Positions 1-14,376 of a stretch of DNA of 64,000 nucleotides are shown piece after piece. The position numbers were made by a program, and so were the translations under genes. Numbering within the stretch: the first letter of the stretch is position 1; every line of letters begins with the position of its first letter. The notes under the pieces were generated by a model that saw nothing but the letters and a program-made list of their open reading frames with translations, did no database searches and was not told where the DNA came from. Source of the DNA: Utricularia gibba (taxonomy: Eukaryota > Plantae > Magnoliophyta); the NCBI GenBank assembly GCA_002189035.1, contig CM007991.1, positions 372,001 through 436,000 of the forward strand, written 5' to 3'.

Positions 1-65
1 TGTACAACTTCATCTCAAGACGCCCAAGGAAAAATATATCCTGGGTGTTGTCTGCTTGTACTAGA

Positions 66-3000
66 CTAGCTGCAGATAGCCTCCACCGATAGCTTTTTCA
101 TGACACTGGGGCAGGGGTCACCGCCAAAGATCTCTGGTGTGATCGGCACCGTGCAGGATCTTGACCGACACAGTACTGTGGAAGGCGGGAGGAGTCTATG
201 AGCTCGAGTTCCATTTAAGTAGAGGAAATAGGATGAGATGGCTACGTACCCTCTGGAAAACATCGTAGGAGTGGAAGGCATGGCAGCTTCCCTCTCTGTA
301 GTTCTGGCAGCTCCCCTCAGGTGTTCCAAAGCTGGCGAATTTGATGGAGGAAATCTTTTGGCCTGCAGAGCACGAGAGGTGCGCTTTGGGCCTCAATGGC
401 TTGTTCACTTTCCCTGATGAGAGTAACTGCCAGTTCACCAAAGTTGGTTGCCACTCGTGTATGTCAGCGCACACACTTGACACTCCTCTTTTCACCAAGG
501 AAATGCCGCTGGGATCACCTCCCCACTCTTCGAACACGGCCAGAAGATTCCCTGTTGGGTAAAGCCACGAGCGAGGAACATGGTACCTGAGAGTTGAGTG
601 TGTGCCATAGATATCAGATATGAAAATGTAGAATCCGGTGTAGAAATCAAAGACATGACTGTGAGGTGAGCATTACCATCTCTGTGAAGCTTCACCACAG
701 TTCCTGAGGCATTTTTTCTCATCAAACCAACCAGCGTAGTTGCAGGGTGCACAGTTTCCGGATGCTTTGTACTCATTCCAGTAGCGCCCAATGCTCTGGC
801 CATTGATCCAGATTTGGCCTTTGCTCATGGTATTCATATCTAGAGCCAATGGCTCATCTCCATCAGGGGCATTGAAAGTGGTCTGCACACGGATAGTTTA
901 ACAAAACATGAATGAGTACTTTCATGGACATTCCCTTAAGTTCACATGCATTTAAGCATGCTTACCTTGTACCAAGTCAGTGGCTGTCTACGACTGACGT
1001 AAGAACCCTCCATCCACTCCACGGAACTGCTTCCAGTTACTGTGTGTAGACTCAAGAATTCTCCCTTCAGACCAATCTGCCGAAGAGAACAAGAAACTGG
1101 GTTAGTGATATTAGAGGATGATTCCAAGAGAAGCATCTTGAGCTCTAAAGACAAACCTGGTAAGTCCATTTCTGCCATGTCAAGTCTCTTTTCCCTTCAT
1201 TCAGACCGGTGAGGGAAACAGGACCAAGCACACCAGCATTCCATGTTTCGAAATGTGTGCCAACATTCTGCAAAAACAATGCTTGGAAATGAAAGACTTC
1301 CTCATGTTTAAGGAGAAAAGTGAAGAACATTTAAGGACACTGCATAGAGTTTTTTGTTGAAGAAAAGAAAGGAAGACGAACCGGGAGGCCAACTGCAATG
1401 CTTAGAAGCTCAATTTGGTTTACTCCAGCTTTGAGATTCACACCGTTACTGAAGGTTAGTCTAGGCTCTTCCAGCCTTCCATAAGCAGTTCCTGCAAAAT
1501 TTTGACAACTGATGTGAAGCCAACAATGGGATATCCAGAAAACCCATGGTCAAGATGGGATCACGTCAATGACATCTCCGGGTTATTGAATAGTTGTCTT
1601 ACCAGCTAGTTCTCCATTGACAAAGACATGCAGAGCATGGCCTGCGGAGAGCACTGTAAGAACAGGCCACTTCCCATTTTTGAGAAAATTTTCACTAGAG
1701 TCTATGACCACCCTGCGTAATGTATATGAAGGTAAGAATACTGTTAGAAAAAGAATGGAAACTTTATTCAATGGATGTTCTAAAGTCAATGGTAACTTAC
1801 TCTGTGCTATACCACAGATAATCTGTGTTGTCTCTGGTGATGTTAACCTGTTCAACTAACCCAACAACCGAAAACAAATTGCCATGATGCAACGCAGTCT
1901 CTTCGAAGTATGAGTTCCAACTGAAGTCCTTGATTACAGTATCCATCTTCATTTGTGCGGTTTGAGAACCAATCTACATAGGAAAATTCATAATTACTTG
2001 ATATGAACACTCACACTTTCATAAATTTTTATGCAAGTTTCATACCATTGCAGTATTATAAATAACGTTCTTGCAATCAGGGAGTATGCTGATAGACCAT
2101 GGGGGCAAATTATGCTTGCTATTCCAAAAAGACAAGGTTGCATATGACTTTTCATCATAGTTTGCAAGAAAAGCAGCACAAGACCCGGTTTTGGTTTGGT
2201 AGACATGAGCCTGCACGGTGGAAAGCTTGTTTACATTTTGTTATCACGAAACATAGTGAAACAATACACAAGGGAAAACAGAGATGCATCAAACCTCCTG
2301 TGAACTTCCAAGCGTAATAACCTTGTGATCTCCATATAGTAAAGCAGGCTCACAGAGTTTAATTGCCCGGTGCAAGTCTCTTAGATGACCCCATTTAGGC
2401 TGCCTTAAGAGCCCTGCGCACAAAAAACAAAAAGTTCATGGCTAATCATTTATTTTAACACCTTTTATTCCTCCTATCCACGTGATAAAATCTTATAAAG
2501 GTAGTTCAGTGAGTGTGGAGTATAAACACATCATATACAGGAGTGCTAGTAGCTACAGTGGAACCATTCTCTTCATAATATTGTCATTTTTCCTTTTAAG
2601 TTATGCCGACATACATTCCACCTCAGGCTTCATGAAAACAAAAAAAAAAAACAAAAACAGGATAATGCTTACCAAATTCATCAATCGGTGCATCATAGTC
2701 ATAACTGGTAGCTATAAATGGGCCACCAGCAGTCCTTCCAAAGTTTGTCCCACCATGATACTACCAACAAGGAAACATTGGATGAGCTGACTGCATCAAA
2801 AATTATGTGCAAAAACAGCTTTCAGTATACTATCTTCTACCATATAGTAGTTGACGTAAGAGCCCCCAGTCTGAAAAAATCTAGCAACTGAAAAAGCCAT
2901 ATCCTCTACCGGGCGATAAGGAACTGCACCACCAAACTCAGTGAACCTACAGAAATATAGCGCATAAGTGGATCTAGTATTTAATGATATTCTCCTTGAT

Positions 3001-4547
3001 GGAAGTTGGATGAATTGTGTCCCCAGGAAAAACATAAAGCATTTACCAGCCAGTCCATGCTTCAGTCCAAATTTTTGGCTTGTAGGGCTTATTAGGATAG
3101 AAATAATCACAGTAGAAACCATTGCATGTATTGATCTGCATGACAGGGAAAAAATTATGCGTTAACTTCAGGTCAAGTTGGTTCCAGGACATAGAAACTG
3201 TGATAGAAACACACAGGATAAAAGAAGAAAAATGTGAAATTTGTAATGCAATAGCCAGAAGGGGGTTGTCTATATTCAATCCATGGGGAAAGCAAATAAA
3301 ACCAAGAAGGAGAAAAGAGAAGAAAGTCAGAAACCAGTAAAATCCGCATGAGATAAGGTGAAGTAACATACCACAGGATCTGGAGCATCATCTTGTTTGC
3401 ACATGATCCATGGAACACCGGTACCAAGATCGACAGCCATTTTTGCAGCCCATTGAATATAATTCTTGGCAGGGTCACCGAGCTCCCATTCAATTGGTCC
3501 ATATTCATTCTCAATCTAACAAGTTGTGAATGCTTTTTCTTAGTTTCATCCTTTCCAATATATTATTAAAGGGAGAATGATGACACAAAATATACCTGGG
3601 ATAATATAATTGGGCCACCTTGTGTTGCGTACAACTTTTCAGCTTTCATCATACTCACAATCTTGGTGGTGAACTTTTGCATGGCATCCTGTGAATTGCA
3701 GAAACGAAAACAGGAAAGAGAGTCAGTTCTGCAGGATAATAACTTTACAGTGATCAAAAGATCGTTTCCCTAACCTTAAAAGGACCATTATCTGTCCTGA
3801 AGCTAATTCCAGGAACATACTTGAGCCAAATTGGGAAAGCCCTGAAATTGCAAACACCAAGAACTCAATAAGGCATGAATTATCTACCGAACAGCGTGAA
3901 AAATGAAAACTATCTCGATGGAAATGCGAGTCACAAAAGAAGTTCTATATGCCAGGTTCAAGTATTACCCAAAGTTCCATTCAGCACAGGCATAAGGCCC
4001 AACTCTGAGATGGACATAGAGGCCAGCTTGTTGAACCAGCTTAATGAACTTCACCAAATCGTATCTTCCCTCGAAATAATACTGCAATTGTTCAAAAAAA
4101 AAAAAAATTAACGTCACATCTGCAACTGGATACTATCACCATCAAACAAGGAGAAGAGAACCCGTAAAAAAAAAAAGAAAAAAAAGAATCAACAATCAGC
4201 ACCCACATTCTCAGGTTCAGGTTCATGGCCGTTCCAGAAAACGTATGTTTGAATAACATCTACTCCGCCATCTTTAGCTTTCTGAATGAGATCCGGCCAC
4301 ATCTGTATAATCCAGAAGCAGATACAACAATCAGCATTCAAAAAACAAGAAAAATAACCAGAAATACAATTGCTGTAAAAGTGGGTACCTCAGGAGTACT
4401 CCTTGGATAATGAATGGATCCAGAAATAAGAATTTTCTTTTGCCCATTTATAGAAATACCTCTGGAGTCATATGAAACATACGCTTCACAGAAAAGCAGC
4501 GAGCTCAATAACACCACCGCCGCTACAAAAACAATTTTACTCCACAT
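66..4547 (-). CDS. BGAL: Beta-galactosidase (GH35, BGAL1/3-like) with C-terminal Gal-lectin domain, about 19 exons; apparent -1 frameshift in the last exon
   Basis: ATG at 4547 (MWSKIVF...) with a signal peptide. Motifs [88 protein letters not shown] and FGGDPCP lie on GT-AG-bounded exons. Stop at 66-68. Confidence 0.95.
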
Positions 4548-4928
4548 TGCTTCTCTCTGCAGACACACCACGCAAAACCCAGCTGAAGATTTCCAAGAAA
4601 AAAAACACCTTCCTCGTTTTTTTTTTACCCAAGAAAATTATTCTCTCCCGTGATACCCAGCTTTATTCCAATACGTAAAAGGAGTACATGGGCATAAAAA
4701 AAAAGTCTTCAAGAAACCGGCAAGAATGTTGGACAAGAAGCTCTTGTGCAGCACCCCTGTTGTAGTGCGCCTTCAAGAACTCGGTATTCTCGCCCAGTGA
4801 GAAATGGAGACGAAAACGAGACAGGACGGACACAGTGGGGGTGGGGGGCGCGTAGTTGGTGTTTGCGCAAAAGGGCTTGTCTCTCCCCTCAGTTGTTATG
4901 GCAGGCTACTGCGTACGACCGCGTTTCA

Positions 4929-4936
4929 TTTTTATA
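4929..4936 (-). promoter_or_regulatory. Candidate TATA box (TATAAAAA) upstream of BGAL
   Basis: TATAAAAA on the minus strand about 380 bp upstream of the BGAL ATG; position-based only. Confidence 0.35.
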
Positions 4937-7900
4937 CACGAAAGAATGGGAATACAGACAACCCTTTTCCCCAAAAACAACACACGAAAAAGAAAATGAG
5001 TGGTCATGGAGGGAGGAGGAGGGAGGAGGAGGCGCGGGTCCCACCCTCAGCTGGGAGCCTCCCTTTTGACCTATCTCCTCTAATTTCACCAGCCCTTCCC
5101 TCCCTCCCCCTAAATTATTGCAGATTTGAGGTTTATTGGTTGGCACGAATGTTTTAAAATGTAATAAATTTATTTTTTTGTGTCCAAATTACCTTCAATT
5201 CAATAAATGGTGGAAATTCGAATTAATACAAAATTGAATATATATATATATGATTTTAAGAATATACGATCAACATAAAAAAAATTTCAAAAAAGGATTG
5301 GGATGAATGAAATTTTGAATCGAATGGAAAACGTTGTTTGTAATTTAAACAAACCCATTTCCGTAATTAAATACGAAACCCCGACTAATCATAGAATGCC
5401 AGCTCATCGACACGGTAATTATTATTTTTACCGTCTCTCTCTCTATCCACCCAAACGCGGCAGGAAAACTTGGTCAGATGTTTATTTCGTAATTAATAAA
5501 TATATTTAAAATACGCTTGATTATGAAAACTCACATCATTATTGGAATTACACATGTATAAAAAAATACATTTTATACAAGGGTAGACGTATGGTGACAG
5601 TGACCATATTGATTAAAAGAAGTATCTTCTTAAAAGTATAAAAATTATTTTTTTAAATAAACATTATCTTATCAAGCCATTGTGGGTTATGGCATTTTAT
5701 GTTACTCTTTTCTTTTCATAACGGAGAGTAGGCCGCTGCCCAGCCCTCCGATCCCTAAATATCCCAACCTATGAGTATGTTCCGGTCCGCACGGCATCTA
5801 CACCACTCGTCACTCGTCACTCTCCTGCCTGCCTATGTCCCGTATTTAATAAATACAAAATGTATTTTTTTTAAATAAAAGAAAGATAAAGTGTGGGGAT
5901 TTAATGGGGCCCGCGGGGACACACCGCTCTCATGAGGCGACTTGGTGAAAATCAAGATATTGGGCCGGTTTAATATAATCCCAATCCAATCAAATCAAAT
6001 CAAATCAATTCCCTACGGTTATTAGTCCCTTTTACGCCTTTAGTATAAAGATAAATCCCTTTTGTGTTAATGCACATTTACTCTGTATCAAAATGCTTAA
6101 TGAACTTCAAATCTCAAGATTCTTCTCCATCGGGAAAATCGCTCCCTCTCTCTCTCCTCCAGCTCTGTATATACTGTTTCACTGTTTTTGAAATAAAATA
6201 TTATTACCCACTTTCCCCTTATAATCTATTTTTTACCTTGCGCAAAGTACATTAATAAAATTTTATACCAAATATATAAAATATAATCTATATTTATTCA
6301 AATCTGTCCAAACTGATCAACCAAACATGGAATTACAGTGCTGCAAGAAAAAAGAATGATTGGTTTAGAATGAGTCCCATATAAAATACCAGAATAAAAA
6401 ATATCCCCTTGAAGGACCCGGGCCCACCGTTGATTATACATCACATAAACTATCCATCTATCTATTTCCTATTTTTTTTTACTTGGAAATAGTAAAAATG
6501 GGATGGCAGGCATTTACCCGCTCGCGCAAGGCGCAACATCATGAGCTGGACCAATCTCATAACTCCATGTCTTTAGGCCCACCGGTGAAAGAAAGAAAAG
6601 AAAAGAAAAGAAAGGTGAATGAAAAGCCATCTTCCACTCTTTTATGGGTTTGAATTTTTTTTACAAAAAAGAAAGAGAAGAGAGAGTAAGAGCATTTTTA
6701 GTGATTTTCTTAAATAGTTAGTTACATATCTTTTTTAAAATCATTTTTATTTTTACGGAAATTATTTGAGTAAATTTCTATGCTGAGAAAATCACTTTCA
6801 GAAAATTTAGTTTACTCATGGAAACTATCATTTCTAAAAATTACTAAAAATGATGTAATGGTGAATCGGATAGATAGAGGTCCAGGGGCGGGGTGACGGG
6901 GTTCCACGCAAGCCGGAGGCTCACAAATCCGGCGCGGCCACATGGTCCAAATCCACAAATCCGATATCGTTTTTTTCGTGTGTAAGAAAAATACTAGATA
7001 CAGATGAGTCAGTCAGTCCGAGACGTAGAAAGGAAGAGGGGGGAGGGGGCCCACCGCCACCTTTGTCAAATGGCGTGTTGAATTATTGTAACGTGGAGGT
7101 TGGGAGGCTGGATGGACAGTGGACACTCTCTTGTGCCTGTGGGGTACCCCCCCACAAGCCCATACACTTTGAGCTTCATAATAATTAATATATACGATTC
7201 ACATTTCACTCAACCGGTATACAGTTAGTTTCAAACGGTTTAATTCAATATTATTTTAATAATAGAATAAAGTCACGATGATATGTAATTTAAAAGTGTT
7301 TTTGTCAGGAAACAGGTGAACAGATTTCAAAATCATCCGGGGTTTAGGCATCCACCCTCTCTATCTATGGAGTTTGGTTGCCCCCCAATGTTGTTGTAGT
7401 AAACTGTTTAGGTATGGAATAATTCTGAAAAACACGATATCTTGTTCAAAGCCATGGCTCCTGTATTTTCAAATGTTAAATTTAAGGTTAAAGTAACATT
7501 TGGGGTTACTAGAATCAATTTTATTTTACAACGTATATCAAATTTTATTCTACAAAAATTAATTTTGATGATCATTTCAATTATATGATAAACATGATAT
7601 AATAGCTTTTTTATAAAAAATTATTTTAAAATTGAAAGTAGAGTTTATATTTTCTTTTTAATATTGTCATAAATAATTTAGTTACTTTGATTATATTTTA
7701 ATATAAATATATTAATTTAAAATAATATAAATTATAATTCAACAACCGTATAATATTTTTATGATACAAATGATATATAAAATATATTTTTACACTTTAA
7801 ACATGAATGCATTTTGTAATAATTGTAATTTTAAATATATATCAATTTTTATTCTATTAAAAATTTCAACTTTAGAATAATTTTTCAAAAAATAAGTTAA

Positions 7901-9095
7901 ATCTAATTCAATCTGAATTCATAAGTTTAGGTTTCGTTCAATAATTTTAATAAAAAATTTATTCGTAATGTTTTCATGATAGATGAAATCCGATATCACA
8001 ATTTTACAAATATCCGATATGATGATATTATATATTGTTATCACCAAATTTACGATTAAGACGTGTTATTTAAAATAAATGCTTGCGTGAGCAAATATTT
8101 AATTGGAAAAATGTGGTGATGAATGGATGACATAGTAGGGGCATTAGCCGTGTAGCAGTAGAGAGAATAATGATAAGTGCATTTGATTTGGTTGGAGAAT
8201 AATGAATCAGGGGCACATACGGCATGTGAGGAGTTTGGCGTTAGTTGAAGTGGGCTTTTCCCGCAGCTGGCGTCACTGTCTATCGGTATTGGAAAAAGGA
8301 AGAGTCCAGAAGGTAGAGAGTTAGTTGTGCGTGGCGAGGGGCTGCTGGATCAGGATTGGCAGCCACACACTCCCAAGGTAGCCACATACACTTGTGGGGC
8401 GGGGCTCCCATGGTTCCGTGGGAGGATGGGAAACCGCTCCAATCATCCAATGTCGTGCCTTAATATATCCATAGAAAAGTAGATTGGATACAACTACAAT
8501 ACTTTCTTACCACAACAACCAAGATATGAGTCTGACAACCAAAACATACATACATACTTGATAAGTTGGCATGATCCATACTCATTTTGCACGTTATTGT
8601 CCATTTTAGACATTTAATCCTTATAGTTTTAGGTTTTGATAATCCATCCTAAAATTAACCCTAATCAAGAATACTAAATTTTGGAGTTCTGATGAAGAAT
8701 CTTCTATCGTGATTGGGAAAAGACCTTATACAATTTTTTACATAATCATTTTACTTAATCTCATCATTCTCCGTTCACAAACGATGTGGGATTCACCTAA
8801 AGTGATTCTGCCTCCCTTACTTGGATAGTACCTTACATAAGCATAGCTACTTGTGGACATATATTATCATCAATCTTATAAATATAGTAATATTTTAAAT
8901 ATCAGCATCATATACGAGGAGATGTATATACGAAGATAGCATCATGATATTCGGGTAGATTTTTAAATAAATCCTTTTGAAATATATTTAAAAAGAAACT
9001 TAATTTCTATATTTCTACGTGATTTGTATTTGTATTACGATCTTATTCTGATCGTCTTAATATAATAATTGGATCAATTGTGTCATATGTTGAGC

Positions 9096-9501
9096 ATCCC
9101 CATTTTTCATGTGGACACCAAAATTTGCGTCTTTGTGTTAATCACGACCAGTATACACAGAGATGGTAAAAGATGAGGAAGTGGGGAAGAGCCGCATGGA
9201 TGAATTGACTGACTACTGGATAAGCATACGAATAGCGGATGCCGTATCCGACGCATCGACACGTCCGTGCCAATCCCCATTTTTCCTTTGGACACCAAAA
9301 TTCGTGTCTTGATCATGGTATACGTATATGCACAGAGTGTAAGAGATAAGCAAATGGAGGAAGAGGCGCATCCGCACGCATGGATGAATGAATGAATTGA
9401 CTAGTTACTGGATAAGAATGAGAAGGGGATTGGGTGGTGGAGCAGAGCATAAAAAATAGTGGATGCCGTATCTGACGCCTCGACACGTCTGCGCCAATCC
9501 C
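9096..9501. repeat. Imperfect tandem duplication, 2 units (about 177 and 224 bp)
   Basis: Both units start ATCCCCATTTTTC..TGGACACCAAAATT (9096, 9273). They share GCATGGATGAAT, ACTGGATAAG and GGATGCCGTATC.GACGC.TCGACACGTC.G.GCCAATCCC. Confidence 0.85.
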
Positions 9502-11016
9502 AGGATGGATGTCGAGCTCATCAGCCCACTGCGGATAACTGGGGGTTCTCCTTATCAACACACGTTGATCTCACGTAGGATTTTTTCACACACAAGACGT
9601 GTCACTCTGTGCCTTCATTCTGCACCACGGGATTTCATTCTGTCATCATCACCCATACTTCTGGGCGCCATCTTAATCCCAATCCCATCATCTTTTGTAT
9701 TTATATTTGACTTATAAAAAAATACAATACAACAAAAGATAAATCTTCTTCATGGGACGTTTGGATGGAATTTTGCAATTGCAAAAGAACGGGACACAAG
9801 CGTTTGGGCCGAGGGGCGGTTCGGGCATCATGGGCATGGGTTGGACATATTAATCCAGCCCTGCCTTCAAATCCAGATTTGGAGACAAGAATTATTGGGT
9901 GAGAATGGATTTAGTAAAATAATTTAATTAATATGATATTATGTAATTATAATTAAAAATATATTCGATACGTCGATTTTGTAAATACATGTTTGATAAA
10001 TATTGTAATTAAATTTTTATGTTATATAATATATAATCAGTTTTGAAATTATGTGATTAAAATTAATTTTAGAATTATAAATTGTTTTATGGAATATCAT
10101 AAAATCATATTATAAAATTTAATAAAATGAATTATATATTACAAAAACTATTATATAATTTAATGTTATGATATAAATGTATTTTTAAAATAGATTAAAA
10201 AAATAATGTAATATTTCTAATTAAATTGTTTAATCACTAAAATAAAAATTTATTAAATTCAATATTTTATGAAGTTAGCCACATAATATAATTTTTTTAT
10301 TTTAATAAATAATGATTAAAGACTATAATTTTTAAAAATTTAATAGAATTATTTTAGAAATTATATACACATAACAAGCCTCTAAGTTAGAGTAAAAAGT
10401 GTCTAGAAAAAGATCATCCAGTATTATGAATACTCCGAAAGAAAGTGTTGCTCATATAAAAAGATACACATATAAAAAATATCTGAAAAATCAATATTCA
10501 AGAAGAAATAGAGGTAGACATGAATATAAGTCAATTCGAGAGTCTCGTTGATAATAGATAAATATGAATTTGACTCACGAGTCAAAATAAATCAAACCTA
10601 TAAATCGATCAACTAAAAAATTAATAAATATATTATAATACAAGTTCGAGATCTTAGTCAAGTCAAGGATTTTGTTGGGTAGACCAAAGATATCTGGTGA
10701 GTTATCATTTGAAAAAGATGGATTAAAATACTAATTATATAAATACCTATTTTGATTAAAAATAAAAAATGTCTAGTGATTAAAAAAATCATTGTAATAA
10801 AAATTAAATATATATGATTTTCAAATAATATAAATAAATAATACATTTTTGAATGCTAGCCAGACAGTTGTACAAACAGGGAAAAAGAGTAACGTTGACG
10901 ATCTTCTTGAGAGCTCCGCAAAATCTGGAACCTGGGGAATCTTGATGTTTTTTCTGTGCTTTGCTATGGTTTCAAGGGAGCGTTTCGATCCGTGAGTTGC
11001 AGCGTATTTCTGGGAA

Positions 11017-14000
11017 ATGAGTGTGCTTGAGGAGAACGAAGGGATTGTTTTCGAAATTGCAGTAGCCATTACCAAGTTCGAGGGTAATAATAGTTGTGTT
11101 GAGGTTCTTGTTGAGGAACTGAAGAGGAGAGGGCTCATTATCGAAAGAGTAGTTGGAGTTCAAAACGATTTCATTAAGGTAATGAAACCCTGTCTTCACT
11201 TGACTTTACATGTACGCATTGTCACTTAAATTATGGAAATGGGATGGCAGTTAGCAGCGCCGCTAAAGGTTTTGGGGAAGGCTGCGGCGGAGTTAAAATT
11301 CAGAAAAAGAACACGTATAGGTAAAAAGATTTAGGCTTGTGCATATTCCTATTCCGTCGCTGATCTTGGATGCCACTTTATATTGTTTCCAGGGCTGGTT
11401 TTTCCATTTGAATGGGACGAGGCTGATGCTTTTGTTAGGTTACCAGATGGCTCGTTGTTCAGTTGGTCTGAGCGTTATTGTTGCTACAGTCATATACTTT
11501 ACGGAATTGTGAGCTGTTTCTGGCTTCTATCACTTTCTGTTATATAGATACCGAGTGATTTGCCCAATGTATCAGATTTTGTGCAATAATGATGTTTAAA
11601 CAGTATAGTGTGTATGATAATGAAGAAAATAATGACTGAAAAATCGGCAAGGTATAACATTGATCTCATTAAGGATAGGGGCGCAATCACCATGTTTGAG
11701 ATATTATAGTTGCATATTTCTGATTATGTGGACTTTGCAGGTGAATGAAGATAAATCTGTTCAAGTATTACATCATTATTCTGGGGAAATCGAATGGGAA
11801 CCAGGAGAATCATTAATATGTGTGTTGGAAAAAGGAGGGGTTGTCAAAGAAGTGTTTCCATTACATGGTGGTAGTCCTTGCCTTCATCGTTGTGGAGTTC
11901 ATGTAGCACCACTGAGATTAATCATCTTTCTCCTTCTTTGTTACTAGATGAGAAAAAGAGGAAGCAACTTTTGCGGATTTGGGCAATGAATTGGCTAGGT
12001 TTCACATCACAACCAATTGATGATATATGTTTATATTACGGGATGAGGGTAAAGTTGTATTCAGTCATTGTTTCTTCTGAAATCCATAAAGTTTCATCTT
12101 CTTCCTCTCTCTGGTTCAAAATAAACGATGTAGTGACTTTCTTTAACTTTTGCTGGTTTTGTTGCAGATTGCCACTTATTTTGAATTTCTTGGAATGTAC
12201 ACTAAGTGGATGTTATTCCCTGCTGCATTGGGGCTTGTGGTGCACCTTATTGATTTCGGGTAAGATTTGAGTTTGTATTTGTTCCACGTGTCAATTTCTT
12301 TCACATCTTTGCATTGCTGAAGTCAGATTAATAAGTTTTTTTTTTCTCAGACCATTGCAGCTGCTGGTTCTACCTTTCTTTTTTGTATGCTTAATATTGT
12401 GGTCGGCTGTGTTTTTCCAGTTCTGGAAACGTAAAAACTCAGCCCTTTCTGCAAGGTATATTTGTTTGAAGTATGCATTTGCTTGCATAATATTTTGACT
12501 TAGGTGCTGTGTTTGATTTGCGATTTTGTTTTTTCTTTCCTGGATTGTAAGGTTTCAAACTTGCGAAGCTGCTGATCCTCGTCTGCGGACCGAGAATATA
12601 TCATTTCGGTCACATGCAGAACTCATTAGGAAGCAAAATGCTGATCGGATAGACGAAAAAGCAAATTTCCAGAGGGAAGAGTGGCTTAATTGGATGATGA
12701 GACTAAGAAATGATTTTATTATCATCATGTGCATCATTTGCCTCCAGCTGCCTTTTGAATTAGCCTATGCTCATCTGTTTGAAGTGTTGCAATGGGATAT
12801 TTTGAAGTAAGTTACGTATAGTTCAAACATTTCTTAATGACTCTGACTCTTGAAGTTTAAGTTTTTTCTTTTCGTATTTTCCAGGTTTTTTTTGACAGCA
12901 GTTTACCTCTTCGCCATTCAGTACTTAACAAGAATAGGAGGCAAGATATCTGTAAATCTTATTAAATACGAAAACAATGAGAATGTGGAAAATCGAGCGA
13001 ACAGCTTGGTGTACAAGGTAAAAATAGGATGTCTTTTTTTCAATAGTTTCACAAATATATTTATCTTTTGTTTTTTTGTGCGAATCCAGGTTTTTGGTCT
13101 TTATTTCATGCAGTCATATATTGGAATATTTTATCATGCTTTAATTCACCGTAATATCAAGTCCCTGCGTCAAGTTTTGATTCAACGACTCATCGTTTCG
13201 GAGGTTGTATTCTCAGAAATACCTTTTTTTTTTTTGCATATGTTACCTCCATCTATGCATCTTTGCTGATAAATCCTTTCTCAGGTCATCGAGAATCTAC
13301 TGGAAAATTCGATACCTTGTCTCTCATACAGCTTCAAGAAATATAGGACTATTAGGTAGGTACTTGTGTTTGGTGGAGGCCATTTCTCTTCAACCTACCC
13401 GTTAATCTGTTGCTCAATTTGAAGGACAAAACGAAGGCTGGAATCAGCGTCATCAACATCAAATGATCGTTCCATTCCTAGAGTTGAGAAAGACTACCTT
13501 AAACCTGCTTATGCTCCCAGTATTGGACAAGGAATTGAGGATGGATTGTTTAATGGTGAGGGATGCTTATGCATCTATGATATTTTTAGTTTTTGTTAAT
13601 CTGCACTCTTAGAATTGGAAACACTTTCTTTTGCAGATTTCTTGGAATTAGTCTTGCAGTTTGGGATGATCATGATGTTTGCTTGTGCATTCCCGCTAGC
13701 ATTTGCCTTTGCAGTGGTGGTAATAATATGACCTTTTATTTGTAGTGAATGTGATGGAAACCTTTACACCTTTCTGAAGTCATGGTTAGCTTGTTTCTTA
13801 CGCACGTTTATTTGTTCCAGAACAATCTCACCGAAATTCGAGCAGATGCATTGAAGTTGCTTACCATGATGAGAAGGCCTGTGCCCCGTGCAGAGGCATC
13901 TATTGGAGCTTGGCTTAATATTTTTCAGGTTAGCACGCATTCTGTATTGCTAATCCATTTGTTTTGCTAATTCATTCCGCCTGATGTGCCCTTTTTCCAA

Positions 14001-14376
14001 ATTGCAGTTTTTGATAGTAATATCAATTTGTACAAACAGTGCACTCCTTGTATGCTTATATGATCGTGAAGGAACTTGGAGTTTATCTCCTGGACTTGCA
14101 GTCATTCTCGTCTTGGAGCATCTGCTTTTATTCATAAAATTCGGATTCTCCCGCCTTGTTCCCGAGGTACAATTAAAATTCAGAAAGATGATGAATTAGC
14201 TGATTATATTAAACTACAAACTAGAAATGTTTTATTTTTGTATTTTCCAGGAGCCAGCATGGGTGAAAGCCATACGAAGGAAAAATGCAACTCAAGCTGA
14301 AGAAATATGCTCAAGACAATTGCTGCGGAGCATATCGGGTCATGAATGCCTCAGTGAGATGAAGAAGACCAACTAG
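11017..14376 (+). CDS. TMEM16: Anoctamin/TMEM16-like membrane protein, about 16 exons
   Basis: Spliced exons give MSVLEENEG...NDFIK|[102 protein letters not shown] and EPAWVKA...KKTN*. All junctions checked are GT-AG and in phase. Confidence 0.93.

Noticed and set aside
7480-10800. AT-rich tracts (7480-8100, 9900-10800) as possible MITEs or Helitrons
   Set aside because: No paired TIRs, TSDs or defined termini could be identified by eye.
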